Shown here: positions 38,998 to 48,792 of the stretch, piece by piece
How positions within the stretch are numbered: the stretch's first letter is position 1
Layout: each line of letters begins with the position of its first letter
Assembly (NCBI GenBank): GCA_944391535.1
Contig: CALXTY010000002.1
Span: forward strand, 1-57,359
Reading direction: 5' to 3'
DNA: 57,359 nt
Source: an uncultured Alphaproteobacteria bacterium
GTDB lineage: Bacteria > Pseudomonadota > Alphaproteobacteria > CAAGCB01 > CAG-977
Notes under the pieces: generated by a model
What the model was told of the DNA's origin: nothing
Database searches by the model: none
What the model saw: the letters and a program-made list of their open reading frames with translations, nothing else
Translations under genes and position numbers: made by a program

Positions 38998-41365
38998 AAA
39001 GGTAGTTCAATAAACTCAGTTGATTGAGTGTTGATAGAACAGAATAGGAAACTTTTAAGTTTTCGGCAGCTTGCAACAGCATGGTTGCCGCTTCGGTTTT
39101 ATCGACTTGCGTTAAAGAGGAAATATAAGTTTCCAAAGAGTTTTGCAACGTCGTTTGATTGTCGATGGTTGTTTTGACCAGATCCAGTTTGCTGATGACG
39201 GCGTATTGGATACTGGTGACATCTCCGTTTTTTTCTTTTGAATTGGCGGTCAATGCTTCGTCCAATAAATCCAACGCTTCGGAAACGCGTTTGGTCGCGC
39301 TGTCAACGTCTTCGGGATCCAGCATATTTCCCTGAGCTATGGACCCCAAAGCTCGAAAGACTTTTTCAAAGGCTCCGGAAGAGGCGTTAATATCATTAAT
39401 AACATTTGTCGTTTCACTTATACGGTAAGAAGAAGACAGTTGTCCGCCGTCATAATAAGTGCTGGTTTCAAAATTAGCGGACGTAAAGCTTTCTGTTGCG
39501 TCGTATTCAGGGAAATCTTCGGTTCTGACGATCAATTCCTTACCGTCATCGGAAACGCCCAAAACGGTATATAATCCGTTATAAGCTCCGTTTGTTCCGC
39601 CCATTTCGACCGTTGCTCCGACCGAATAGGTTTTGCAGATGGTGATTCCGTCACCGTTGGCGATCGGTTGACCGTTGAGCAAACTCATTTCTTCCGTCAC
39701 TTTTGTTTCATCAGAAAACTTGATAGTGCGTCCGTCTTCGGAAACGGAATCGACAATATACATTTTATCGTTGCCGTCCGCACCTTTGATAATCAGACAG
39801 TCGCCTTTTTTATAGGAGGAGAAAGCACCTTTTACAGTAGCGGACATGGTATTTTGATTGACGCTGAAGCTGATGTCTCCGGTTTGCAAAGCACTGCCTT
39901 TCATACTGGAAGTGACAAACCCTCCGATATCGGAGTGTGTTTCGATTACCAGAGGCACATTTGTTAAATTGGTGTCAGGTATGGGCGTGCTGGTCGAAAT
40001 GTCGATTTTTGAACCGTCCGGCGAAACCGATTTAACATAGAGAGTGTATTCATTATTGGCGGCATCGGTAAGGGTGACGGTTTGTCCGCCTTTTAATTCT
40101 GAAAACGTTCCGGCGGGACCTGTCAGCGTATTGTTGGCCGTATCAACGGTTAAAGCGGAAGGACAATCGATTGTTTCAATAACGATGCCGACATTTTTTT
40201 CGGCCGTAATCGTTCCGACTTGCGTGCTTTGCTGAATATTGATATTGATCGTGTCGTCCGTCAACCGTTCGACTTTGATTGTTTCGTTAACGACATTTTC
40301 TTCAAAGATGATGGTCGATCCGTCATCGGATATTTCTTTGACGGTGAGGTAACCGTTATTTTTATCCGTACCGTTGATCAGGACTTTTTCGCCGACTCTC
40401 AAGTTTGAAAAGGAAGCGGGTCTTCCTTGTAAAGAGTTTGTCGTAATGCCGGTGGTCAGGTCTGTTGAAGACATAAAGACCCAACTGCCTTTAGTCAAAG
40501 AAACATTTGAGGAATCGGCGATTGTTTCATCGGTGACGGGTTCGACAAAAGTCAGGGTTGAACCGTCATCTGAAACGGATTGCACGGTCAGTGTTTGATT
40601 GTTTCCTCCGGTTCCCTGAACGATGATCTGATCTCCTGCGGAGATTCCGTTAAACGTGTCCGGATTGGCGGATAAGGAATTGGTTGCGGCATCGAAAGTC
40701 ATTTGATTGGTCGCCGATCCGTGATAGACGACCGTTTTCGGATCCAAGGTTTGGAATTCCTGTTTAATGGTCACGCCGCCCAGAGTGTCCGCGGAAGTGG
40801 ACATTTGAGAAAGCGAAGCGGAGTAACTGGTCGGATACGTCAGGACGTCACCGTCATAGACGGCTTGGAATTCTTCCAAAGTGGTATAGGGGAAATTGAC
40901 CGGAGGCGTTGTTGTTTTTCCTCCGCCGAAGACATAGTTTCCGTCAACTTCCGTATTTAAGTAATACGCGATTAAGGACATGGCTTCGAAGGCGGCTTCC
41001 TGCACGTTTTGCAACGCCAGCAATTCTTCTTCGGTGGGATTTTCGGACATGGCGGCCAGATCGTTGGCAAAAAATTCACGCACTTGGGAACGTACGTCCG
41101 TTAAAGCCGATCGGATACCGTCAATCGAGGTTTGTTGAGATTCCAAAACGACTTGAGTAATGGCATTTGTTTCCAGATACTTTGACGTAACGGCCTGTTC
41201 GTTTTGCAAAGACAACAGCCGATAAGTCGACAAACCGTATTTATCATAGGAATCATATCGATTTCCCGTTGAAGCCTGATAAGAAATATCGGTCATTGCG
41301 AGCTTTTGTTTTGTCATTTGAGACATATACAAGTTGTAAGTAGCTGTTGTGGGGACGCGTGTCAT
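38996..41365 (-). CDS. flgL: flagellar hook-associated protein 3 (FlgL), greatly expanded (789 aa)
   Basis: Flagellin-like N-terminal and C-terminal helices (N: TTATYNLYMSQMTKQKLAMTDISYQASTG; C: ..LLQAAENLKVSYSVLSTLNQLSLLNYL). Immediately downstream of flgK. Confidence 0.75.
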   Translation of the reverse strand: MTRVPTTATYNLYMSQMTKQKLAMTDISYQASTGNRYDSYDKYGLSTYRLLSLQNEQAVTSKYLETNAITQVVLESQQTSIDGIRSALTDVRSQVREFFANDLAAMSENPTEEELLALQNVQEAAFEAMSLIAYYLNTEVDGNYVFGGGKTTTPPVNFPYTTLEEFQAVYDGDVLTYPTSYSASLSQMSTSADTLGGVTIKQEFQTLDPKTVVYHGSATNQMTFDAATNSLSANPDTFNGISAGDQIIVQGTGGNNQTLTVQSVSDDGSTLTFVEPVTDETIADSSNVSLTKGSWVFMSSTDLTTGITTNSLQGRPASFSNLRVGEKVLINGTDKNNGYLTVKEISDDGSTIIFEENVVNETIKVERLTDDTININIQQSTQVGTITAEKNVGIVIETIDCPSALTVDTANNTLTGPAGTFSELKGGQTVTLTDAANNEYTLYVKSVSPDGSKIDISTSTPIPDTNLTNVPLVIETHSDIGGFVTSSMKGSALQTGDISFSVNQNTMSATVKGAFSSYKKGDCLIIKGADGNDKMYIVDSVSEDGRTIKFSDETKVTEEMSLLNGQPIANGDGITICKTYSVGATVEMGGTNGAYNGLYTVLGVSDDGKELIVRTEDFPEYDATESFTSANFETSTYYDGGQLSSSYRISETTNVINDINASSGAFEKVFRALGSIAQGNMLDPEDVDSATKRVSEALDLLDEALTANSKEKNGDVTSIQYAVISKLDLVKTTIDNQTTLQNSLETYISSLTQVDKTEAATMLLQAAENLKVSYSVLSTLNQLSLLNYL

Positions 41366-41380
41366 GACTTTATCTCCCTA

Positions 41381-43585
41381 TTAAACAATGTTATCCAGCA
41401 TTTCAAGCATTTCCAACGCCGTTGTCAACGCTTTGGCGGCCGCGCTGTAAGAACGTTGATAAACCAACATTAAGGACAATTCTTCGTCCAGATCAACGCC
41501 GCTGACTTCCTGTTCTTTTTGATAAATGGTGGTGACCAGTTCCGTTTGATAATCCGTTGTGGAGTTGGCTTCGTTCAGACTGGTCGCCAGCCCGCTGACG
41601 ATTGAAGACGCATAGCTGGACAGAGTTGTCGTGATTTTCAGGAAACTGCCGGCCGAACCGAAATCAATGGGTTGCGTAAAGACGCTTGCGAAATCGTTGG
41701 CCAAAGAGTTGTCGGCATCGCTTAAGAAATATTCACCGGTTTCGGAACTGTATTGCATTTTACCGGTATTGATCAGTCCGGGCGAATTTAAGATATCGGA
41801 TCTGACGGCTAATTCCGAAGCGTATCCGGCATGAGAAACGCCCAACCCCAAACGGTTTAAGATGCTGCCGCTGGTGACGCCGTTGACGGTTGTGGTCGTT
41901 TCCGTGATTTCCATTTGATTGTTATTGATATTTGTAATGCGCAAACGATAGCCCGACCCCTCTTTGACCAGATCGGCTTTGACGATTGGATTGCCGGAAG
42001 CGTCAACCAGAGTCGTATTAATTTTTTCGGCGATTGTTTGTAAGGTGTCTCCCGCGCCGACTTCGATGGAACCGAAGTTTAACCCGTTGGCGGTATCCGA
42101 AAAGTTAATCGTTGTTTTTCCTTTTATGCCCATCAAAGAGCCCGACGGGAAGATTTCGGATTCATAGACGGAATCTTTTTTTGAGGTGACGATCAAGTCG
42201 TTCAGTCCGAAGAAATTGGAAAAACCGGAGTATGTTTTATCGATCGTCCCGTCTCCGTCGGCGTCAAATCCGACGGACAGATCGGTGGCTTCACTGCCCA
42301 GCAGGACGGATTTTTCATCTCTGAGGGCGATGGAATAAGCACTGTCGCCCAGATCTATTTCCAGTTTTCCGTCTCTGTTCAGCCCGACCGAAGCACCGCT
42401 GAGATGGGGGCCGTCAACGGCGTTTTGCAGCCAGTCCTGAATTTTTTCGCACATTTCGTTGATACTGCCGGAAGAAAATTCGAGTTCACCGGTCAAGCTG
42501 ACATTGAAAGCTTCGGTGCCGTCATTGTTGAACAAAACGATTTTCAGGTCTCCGCCGGACAGGGAAATTGTTTGCTTATCCCCGTCAATAAATGTTCTTG
42601 TGCCGGTCATTTCATAGACGGTATTGGGATAATTGACCCCTTTGTTGTGGACGGCATTTAATTGTAATGTCATTTGGTAAGCCAGCTCGTCCAACTGTGT
42701 TTGCATATCCTGCAATTCGGTGTCGCGCAGTTTGATCAAACCGCTCAGTTCGCCCGAAGTGATTTCATTGGTAATGTCGAACGATCCCGCATAAATGCCG
42801 GTGATACTGCCGGCGGAATAAGAAATCAGGGATCCGGTGGACGCGGCGGCTTCATGGGAAACGATCACGCCGTCTTTATCCAACAAAGGCTTTCCGCCCG
42901 CCGTCAAGATCACGGTTTCACCCGTGGAACGTTCATAGCTTTGAATGTCCATGATTTCGGATAAACGCGTAATCAACAGATCGCGCTGATCTTTATAGTT
43001 GTCGGCGGACTGTCCTTCCAAAGCGCCTGTGCGAACGATATCGTCGTTTAATTTGTCGAGCTGTTCGAGAATGCCGGTGACTTCATCGCATAACGCCGAG
43101 ATTTCCTGATCGATTTCCAGTCGTAACGCTTGGATTTGAGAGCTGAGCTCCCGCATTTGCGAAAACGCGGTGTCAAGCGAAGTCACCGCCGTCGATTGAG
43201 CGTTTAACTTATCGGAATCAACCCCCAGACTTTCAAAAGCCGTCTGCATGGCCGCGACACGATTGCCGATCGAATATTCGGAAGACGGCTGCCCCATTTT
43301 GGCTTGGATCAGATCCAGATAATAGACGCGCACGCTGGACGCTTGCAATATGCCCGTTTCTTTTCTGAGCTGAGCGACCATTTTCGTATCGACTTGGCGT
43401 AAATCCGTATTGCTGATTGCGCCGGACATTTGCCCGTTGTTCAGGACGAGTGTCCTTTGGGAATAACTTTTTCTGTTATATCCTTCGGTGTTGACGTTGG
43501 TGACGTTTTCGGAAACGACGTCAAGAGCTTTTTGCGACGTTCTGATTCCGTTTAAAGCGCTGCTGATCGCACTGGACAAAGCCAT
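41381..43585 (-). CDS. flgK: flagellar hook-associated protein 1 (FlgK)
   Basis: N-terminus MALSSAISSALNGIRTSQKALDVVSENVTNVNTEGYNRK. C-terminus EELSLMLVYQRSYSAAAKALTTALEMLEML. Confidence 0.85.
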   Translation of the reverse strand: MALSSAISSALNGIRTSQKALDVVSENVTNVNTEGYNRKSYSQRTLVLNNGQMSGAISNTDLRQVDTKMVAQLRKETGILQASSVRVYYLDLIQAKMGQPSSEYSIGNRVAAMQTAFESLGVDSDKLNAQSTAVTSLDTAFSQMRELSSQIQALRLEIDQEISALCDEVTGILEQLDKLNDDIVRTGALEGQSADNYKDQRDLLITRLSEIMDIQSYERSTGETVILTAGGKPLLDKDGVIVSHEAAASTGSLISYSAGSITGIYAGSFDITNEITSGELSGLIKLRDTELQDMQTQLDELAYQMTLQLNAVHNKGVNYPNTVYEMTGTRTFIDGDKQTISLSGGDLKIVLFNNDGTEAFNVSLTGELEFSSGSINEMCEKIQDWLQNAVDGPHLSGASVGLNRDGKLEIDLGDSAYSIALRDEKSVLLGSEATDLSVGFDADGDGTIDKTYSGFSNFFGLNDLIVTSKKDSVYESEIFPSGSLMGIKGKTTINFSDTANGLNFGSIEVGAGDTLQTIAEKINTTLVDASGNPIVKADLVKEGSGYRLRITNINNNQMEITETTTTVNGVTSGSILNRLGLGVSHAGYASELAVRSDILNSPGLINTGKMQYSSETGEYFLSDADNSLANDFASVFTQPIDFGSAGSFLKITTTLSSYASSIVSGLATSLNEANSTTDYQTELVTTIYQKEQEVSGVDLDEELSLMLVYQRSYSAAAKALTTALEMLEMLDNIV

Positions 43586-43606
43586 GACGTTCCCCTTTCG
43601 TTAAAA

Positions 43607-44047
43607 TTAAAGCACTTGGTTAAAAGAAATGGCGGCCGGATTGCCCGCGTCGTTTTCCATGCAGCCTTTTTTCGTGTACAAAGGCGTTTTGGCGTGCGTT
43701 TGTTCGGTGATGTCCTGCACGATGGCGTTTAACAAACGCGAAGTGGCTTCCAGATTGATTTTCAACAGTCTGGCGTTTTCGTTTGTCAGATCGCCCAGCA
43801 TGACGGCGGCTTTGCGCAAAACGCGTTTTTGCTTTTCGGGCAACGCTTTTAACAATTCGGAACGTTGAGCGAAGTAGGCAAAAGATTCTTCATACGCCGC
43901 GGACAGTTTTGTTTTTTGTTCCAACAGATCTTTGCATTCGCTTTGGCGTTGGTTTTTCAACAAGGAATTTTCTTTTTTCAACAAACTGCACAGCTCGCTC
44001 ATCAAGGTCAGCAGACGGCTGAGTTTCTTTTCGGGGAATTGTTCCAT
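43607..44047 (-). CDS. FlgN-like flagellar chaperone (tentative; could be an FlbY-type regulator)
   Basis: 146-aa helical protein between the rod-binding protein and flgK. Pattern LSRLLTLMSELCSLLKKENSLLKN resembles FlgN. Confidence 0.45.
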   Translation of the reverse strand: MEQFPEKKLSRLLTLMSELCSLLKKENSLLKNQRQSECKDLLEQKTKLSAAYEESFAYFAQRSELLKALPEKQKRVLRKAAVMLGDLTNENARLLKINLEATSRLLNAIVQDITEQTHAKTPLYTKKGCMENDAGNPAAISFNQVL

Positions 44048-44065
44048 TGTTTTTCTCCTTTTAAA

Positions 44066-44410
44066 TTATTCCGCTTTAGCCGTTTTCAAGCTGTCGGCTT
44101 CCTGCTGTTGCAACAATTGGGTCATAATTTGATCGGTCAGACCGATGCCTCCGGCTTTGGCGGTCATTTTGCCGTATTCGTCGATCATCATCGAACGGAA
44201 TATCTTTTCGGCGTTTCCGCCTCCGAACGTTTCATTGACGGGCACGGTGGCATACATTTGTTCAAACGTTTGCGAAATAAAGAACGCTTCGAATTCCTGA
44301 ACGGCCTGCCGTGTTTTTTCGATGTCAAAAGATTTGTTGATTTTCGGCGCGGTCTTCTGCGGTAAGGCGGAAGAAACAAAGTCCGCTGATAAAAGATCCG
44401 TACTCATCAC
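44066..44410 (-). CDS. flagellar rod-binding protein (FlgJ N-domain / CheL-like)
   Basis: QEFEAFFISQTFEQMY...EKIFRSMMIDEYGKMTAKAGGIGLTDQI is typical of the Rod-binding family. It overlaps the flgI stop. Confidence 0.7.
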   Translation of the reverse strand: MMSTDLLSADFVSSALPQKTAPKINKSFDIEKTRQAVQEFEAFFISQTFEQMYATVPVNETFGGGNAEKIFRSMMIDEYGKMTAKAGGIGLTDQIMTQLLQQQEADSLKTAKAE

Positions 44411-45555
44411 ATCACCTCGATTTCAGCCTGAAGGGCTCCGGCGGCTTTAACGGCCTGCAAGATGCTGATCATGTCGCGGGGACCCACGCCCAAAGCGTTT
44501 AAGCCGTCAACCAGTTCCTGCAAAGACACGCCGCTTTTTAAAATATTGAGCTTGTTGCCGGATTCTTCGTCCACCTGAATATCCGTTCTGGGGACGGTGA
44601 CGGTTTCTCCGGTTGTGGAAAACGGGGCGGGTTGGGAAACCTGCGGCGTTTCCGTAATTCTGATTGTTAAATTGCCTTGCGCGATGGCGATCGGATTGAT
44701 GCGGACGTTTTCTCCGATGACGATAATGCCGGATTTTTCATCAATGATGACCTTGGCGATTTGATCGGGTTGGATACGCAACTGTTCGATATCGGTCAAG
44801 ACTTGGATCAGGTCTTCTCTTCTGGTTTTGCCTAGATTTAAAGAAATTGTTCCCGAATCAAGCGTTGTGGCGGCGACTGATCCCAGATAGGAATTAATGG
44901 CGTCCGTAATGCGGGAAGCCGTTGTAAAGTCGGGATTGCGCAAAGCCAACTTAATGGATTTCTGATTGGCAAAGTCGAACAGGATTTCGCGTTCGATGAT
45001 CGCTCCGTTGGCAATTCTGCCGGAAGTGGGAACGCCTTTGACAATGCTTTGCGCGTCGCCTTGGGCGGAAAAACCGCCGATGGCGACTTGCCCCTGAGCA
45101 ATCGCATAGACTTCGCCGTCCGCGCCTAACATCGGGGTGACCAGCAAAGTGCCGCCTTGCAGACTTTTGGCATCGCCCAAAGCACTGATCGCCACGTCAA
45201 TTCTGGTTCCCTGTCTGGCAAAAGCGGGCAGACTGCCCGTGACCATGACGGCGGCGACATTTTTTGTTTTGATTTTGCCGTCACGCGTATTGACGCCTAA
45301 ACGTTCCAACATGCCGATCAAGCTTTCTTCGGTAAACGCCATGGAAGAAATGCTGTCACCCGTTCCGTTTAAACCGACGACCAGACCGTATCCGATCAAA
45401 TAGTTTTCGCGCACGCCTTCAATATCCGAAATATCTTTAATTCTGGAACTGGCCTCGGCCTGTGCGGCAAAAAGCAAAATGCCGCCCATAATCAAAAAGG
45501 CGAGATTTTTTTGAATATGTTTTATTAACTTTATCATCTTTAGCCTCATTAGCAT
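44407..45555 (-). CDS. flgI: flagellar P-ring protein FlgI (likely true start ATG 45537)
   Basis: RIKDISDIEGVRENYLIGYGLVVGLNGTGD and high conservation throughout. Confidence 0.9.
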   Translation of the reverse strand: MLMRLKMIKLIKHIQKNLAFLIMGGILLFAAQAEASSRIKDISDIEGVRENYLIGYGLVVGLNGTGDSISSMAFTEESLIGMLERLGVNTRDGKIKTKNVAAVMVTGSLPAFARQGTRIDVAISALGDAKSLQGGTLLVTPMLGADGEVYAIAQGQVAIGGFSAQGDAQSIVKGVPTSGRIANGAIIEREILFDFANQKSIKLALRNPDFTTASRITDAINSYLGSVAATTLDSGTISLNLGKTRREDLIQVLTDIEQLRIQPDQIAKVIIDEKSGIIVIGENVRINPIAIAQGNLTIRITETPQVSQPAPFSTTGETVTVPRTDIQVDEESGNKLNILKSGVSLQELVDGLNALGVGPRDMISILQAVKAAGALQAEIEVM

Positions 45556-45584
45556 ATTTCGGCGAAAAAATCTGATTAATAATA

Positions 45585-45600
45585 TGCGAAAATCGTGCCA
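45585..45600 (-). promoter_or_regulatory. sigma54-type promoter upstream of flgI
   Basis: Minus strand reads TGGCACGATTTTCGCA, with GG and GC at the canonical -24/-12 spacing (consensus TGGCAC-N5-TTGCA). Lies 30-45 nt upstream of the flgI start. Confidence 0.55.
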
Positions 45601-45726
45601 ATTTTTATTTTTTGAGAAAATAAAGGATATTCGTATCTTAATTTTGCCGGACTGGGCAAAATTTGCCGATTTTTAACTTTGTTCAAATAAGGTATAATGC
45701 GAGTAAATTCTTCAAGGAGGAAGTCC

Positions 45727-46164
45727 ATGACAATGAAAATCGGATCGACGGGGGCGGCAAAACCGGTCGGATCAACACGCAAAAGCTCGCGTTCTTCATC
45801 GGTTGAGGGGGATTTTTCCTCTTTTTTGGAAGAAACCGATGCCGCAACAACCGCTTCGGTCGGCGCGACGGCCGGCGTTTCAGGGATTGAAGCCCTGTTG
45901 GCGGCGCAATCGGTCGGAGACGCTTTGCAAGACGGATCCAAGAAACGCAGAGCGGCGGCGCACGGGAACGACATTCTGGATAAACTGGAAGATCTAAGGG
46001 CGGCTATATTGTCCGGCGTCGTGTCAAAAACGAAATTGATTGAGTTGGCTCAAACCTTGCGAGAAAAACGCGAACCCGGTCTTGATCCCGAATTAAATCA
46101 AATCCTTGACGATATTGAGTTAAGAGCCGAAATAGAATTGGCTAAACTTTCACACAACGTTTGA
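45727..46164 (+). CDS. fliX: flagellar assembly regulator FliX-like
   Basis: Divergent from flgI as in Caulobacter. Conserved C-terminal ...LNQILDDIELRAEIELAKL and central ALLAAQ block. Start at ATG 45727 after AAGGAGGA. Confidence 0.65.
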   Translation: MTMKIGSTGAAKPVGSTRKSSRSSSVEGDFSSFLEETDAATTASVGATAGVSGIEALLAAQSVGDALQDGSKKRRAAAHGNDILDKLEDLRAAILSGVVSKTKLIELAQTLREKREPGLDPELNQILDDIELRAEIELAKLSHNV

Positions 46165-46222
46165 TTTTTTTAAGGCTTTGGTGTAACAATAGTACAGTTG
46201 AATAAAACAAAGAGGACTTCTT

Positions 46223-46639
46223 ATGGGAATACAATTGCCTAAAGGTTACAGACCTTCTGCCGACGAACCGTTTATGAACGATATGCAGAAAGAATACTTC
46301 CGTCAAAAGCTGTTGGCGTGGCGCGAAGAATTGTTGCATGATTCCGAAGAAACGCTGGATAATTTAAAAGAAGGCGGTATGACGGTTCCCGATATTTCGG
46401 ATCGCGCTTCGGCCGAAGCGGATAAAGCCTTGGAATTACGGACACGCGACAGAATGCGCAAGGTTATTTCCAAGATTGACGTCGCTTTGGGAAAAATCGA
46501 CGACGGCACCTACGGTTATTGCGAAGAAACAGGCGAACCGATCGGCTTGGAACGTTTGATCGCACGTCCGATCGCAACGCTGTCGATCGAAGCTCAGGAA
46601 CGTCATGAACGTATGGAAAAAACCTATAACGACGATTAA
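46223..46639 (+). CDS. dksA: RNA polymerase-binding transcription factor DksA
   Basis: 138 aa with the conserved coiled-coil DxxDxA tip (DISDRASAEAD) and a C-terminal globular region. Confidence 0.85.
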   Translation: MGIQLPKGYRPSADEPFMNDMQKEYFRQKLLAWREELLHDSEETLDNLKEGGMTVPDISDRASAEADKALELRTRDRMRKVISKIDVALGKIDDGTYGYCEETGEPIGLERLIARPIATLSIEAQERHERMEKTYNDD

Positions 46640-46670
46640 AAATTAATTTGATTTTATGCCTTTAAAACAA

Positions 46671-46696
46671 GGCGGGTCTTTACGATCCGCCTTTTT
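46671..46696 (+). terminator. intrinsic terminator after dksA
   Basis: GGCGGGTC-TTTAC-GATCCGCC plus T5. Confidence 0.7.
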
Positions 46697-46717
46697 AGTG
46701 AAAAAAGGAGTTCTTTC

Positions 46718-47290
46718 GTGACACATCTTGTTCTGGCTTCCGGATCTCCGCGCCGTTTGGCTTTACTGGCGCAAATCGGTGTCGTCCCCGATGAAATTTG
46801 TCCGGCGGATATTGATGAAACGCCGTTAAAAAATGAAACGCCGCAACGATATGCTTTGCGTATGGCGTTGTCAAAAGCCGAAAAAGTGGCTTTGCAAAAA
46901 AAAGACGGCTTTGTTTTGGCTGCGGATACGGTGGTCGTTTGCGGCAAACGCATTTTGCCCAAAGCCGAAACGAGGGAACAGGCTCAATATTGTTTAAATC
47001 TGCTTTCGGGCAGACGACATACGGTTTACGGCGGTGTTTGCCTGATAACGCCGGAAGGTCAAAAAATAACCCGTTTGGTGAAAACGGCGGTGATTTTTGC
47101 CCGTTTGGACGATGTTCAAAAAAAATCTTATTTGGACGGTGGGGAATGGCAAGGTAAAGCGGGCGGTTACGCCGTTCAGGGACAAGCCGTTTTGTTTGTC
47201 AGAAAAATTATCGGTTCTTATTCCAATGTGGTCGGTTTGGGATTGTATGAAACGGGCAATCTGCTTAAAGGGCGGGGAGTGATCGGATAA
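46718..47290 (+). CDS. maf: Maf-like nucleoside triphosphate pyrophosphatase
   Basis: GTG start after AAGGAG. LASGSPRRLALL and GKAGGYAVQG motifs. Confidence 0.85.
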   Translation: MTHLVLASGSPRRLALLAQIGVVPDEICPADIDETPLKNETPQRYALRMALSKAEKVALQKKDGFVLAADTVVVCGKRILPKAETREQAQYCLNLLSGRRHTVYGGVCLITPEGQKITRLVKTAVIFARLDDVQKKSYLDGGEWQGKAGGYAVQGQAVLFVRKIIGSYSNVVGLGLYETGNLLKGRGVIG

Positions 47291-47292
47291 TC

Positions 47293-48543
47293 ATGCGGTT
47301 GGTGCACAGCTTTTCCCCGTTTGAAGAAGTGTGTCTTTTATTTGATGAAAAAGACGCTCCTTTAAATGTTTCCGTCTGGCGGGAAAACGAATTGTCCGTC
47401 GGCAGCATCTGTCTGGCGCGCGCCGTTAAATCGACGGAAACGGGTTGGTTTTTAGATGTCGGGAATAATCAAACGGTTTATTTGAACGATCCCTCTTTTT
47501 TTATTCGACCGGACGGTTCGGTTTGTTGGTCGAAATTAAAGGAAGGCGATTTTTTAATTGTTGAAATCATTCGTTTTCCGACACGGGAAAAGTTGGCGGA
47601 AGCGCGGGTAAAGGTCGCTTTAAGCGGTCAAAGCGTTCTTTTTTTGCCGTGGCAGGACAAAGCTTCTTTTTCCAAACGCTTACCTGAGGAAACCGTTGAA
47701 CATTTAACGGAACGTTTTAAGGAAACGAATATTTTATTCAGAACGGCCTGTCAATTTGCAACTGCGGAAGAAATTCAAACGGAGATCAAATTTTTAAAAC
47801 AACGTTGGTTGTCTTTACTGGGCAAAGAAAAAACGCCGCAAGTTCTCTTTCGTCCCAAAAAAGACGTTTTTCGTCTGGTTCGGGAATACCGGCAGGATTT
47901 AAAGGAAATCGTGACGGACGATCCGCAAACGGCCGCAGAGCTGAAAAAAGAGTTTGATTGTGTCACATATTGCCTGCAAGACGTTTGGGAACAAGAACGC
48001 ATTGACGAAGTGTTGGATTCGGTTTTGTCTTCAAAAGCAATATTGCCTTCGGGGGGCAGCCTGATAACCCAACAAACGTCTGCTTGCGTGTGTTTTGACG
48101 TGAACTCGGGATCGGGGAAAATCGCTGCGGCGAATGTTGAAGCGTGTCAGGAAATTTTACACCAGATTCGTTTAAAGAATTTAAGCGGACAGATGATTAT
48201 CGATTTTGCGGGCAGAAAAGATAAAAAATATTTATATCCTCTGTTGAAACATTTAAAACAGGAAAATGTTTTTATCGCCGGTTTTTCATCGTTGGGGTTG
48301 GTGGAATTAACGGTTGAACGCAAAACACGTTCGGTTTTTGAAGCTTTTTCAAAAGATCGACAAGCGGCTGCTTTAATCCGTAAGTTATGGTATTGTACGC
48401 CGATATCCGAGATTAAAATTTTCGCTTCTTTTGATATATTAAATATCATACAGGATTATTTGGTACGGTTGAAAGATCGTTTAAAAGTGAACATAAATGT
48501 ACAAATATCAGATTATCTTAAAACGGAAGGAATAAAACAATGA
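47293..48543 (+). CDS. ribonuclease E/G family protein (short alphaproteobacterial type)
   Basis: Position in maf-rng-yacG synteny. S1-like N-terminus and a catalytic-core-like region (SLITQQTSACVCFDVNSG). Moderate confidence without a search. Confidence 0.55.
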   Translation: MRLVHSFSPFEEVCLLFDEKDAPLNVSVWRENELSVGSICLARAVKSTETGWFLDVGNNQTVYLNDPSFFIRPDGSVCWSKLKEGDFLIVEIIRFPTREKLAEARVKVALSGQSVLFLPWQDKASFSKRLPEETVEHLTERFKETNILFRTACQFATAEEIQTEIKFLKQRWLSLLGKEKTPQVLFRPKKDVFRLVREYRQDLKEIVTDDPQTAAELKKEFDCVTYCLQDVWEQERIDEVLDSVLSSKAILPSGGSLITQQTSACVCFDVNSGSGKIAAANVEACQEILHQIRLKNLSGQMIIDFAGRKDKKYLYPLLKHLKQENVFIAGFSSLGLVELTVERKTRSVFEAFSKDRQAAALIRKLWYCTPISEIKIFASFDILNIIQDYLVRLKDRLKVNINVQISDYLKTEGIKQ

Positions 48544-48740
48544 AAGTTCCCAGTGTCTTTGAACGTCCCTCTGATTTGCCCGAAGTCGACACGACTTGTC
48601 CGATTTGCGGCAAGCCTTCGGTTTTTTTGTATAAGCCGTTTTGTTCGAAACGTTGTGCCGACGTTGACTTGAATCGTTGGTTGACGGGCGTTTATACGAT
48701 TGAAACGGACGAAGAAGAAGAAACTGAAGAAAAAAATTAA
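48540..48740 (+). CDS. yacG: DNA gyrase inhibitor YacG (zinc finger)
   Basis: CPICGKP...FCSKRCADVDLNRWL, 66 aa. Confidence 0.8.
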   Translation: MKVPSVFERPSDLPEVDTTCPICGKPSVFLYKPFCSKRCADVDLNRWLTGVYTIETDEEEETEEKN

Positions 48741-48792
48741 AAAGACTATAGACAGATCATTTTGAATCGGGTATAAACTCTTTTTGTGCGCT

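Noticed and set aside
43865-44365. 166-aa ORF antisense to the flgN-like and rod-binding genes; also 45576-45974 antisense to fliX.
   Set aside because: These are shadow ORFs. The flagellar frames on the other strand have family motifs and operon-style coupling.
45653-45667. Plus-strand TGGGCAAAATTTGCC as a sigma54 promoter for fliX.
   Set aside because: The GG-to-GC spacing is one nucleotide too short relative to TGGCAC-N5-TTGC. The minus-strand site at 45585-45600 has correct spacing.
46500-46600. DksA has only one of the four canonical zinc-finger cysteines (CEETG...TLSIEAQ).
   Set aside because: To my knowledge, Cys-poor DksA variants are described in alphaproteobacteria and in DksA2-type proteins. 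It is probably lineage-typical rather than novel.
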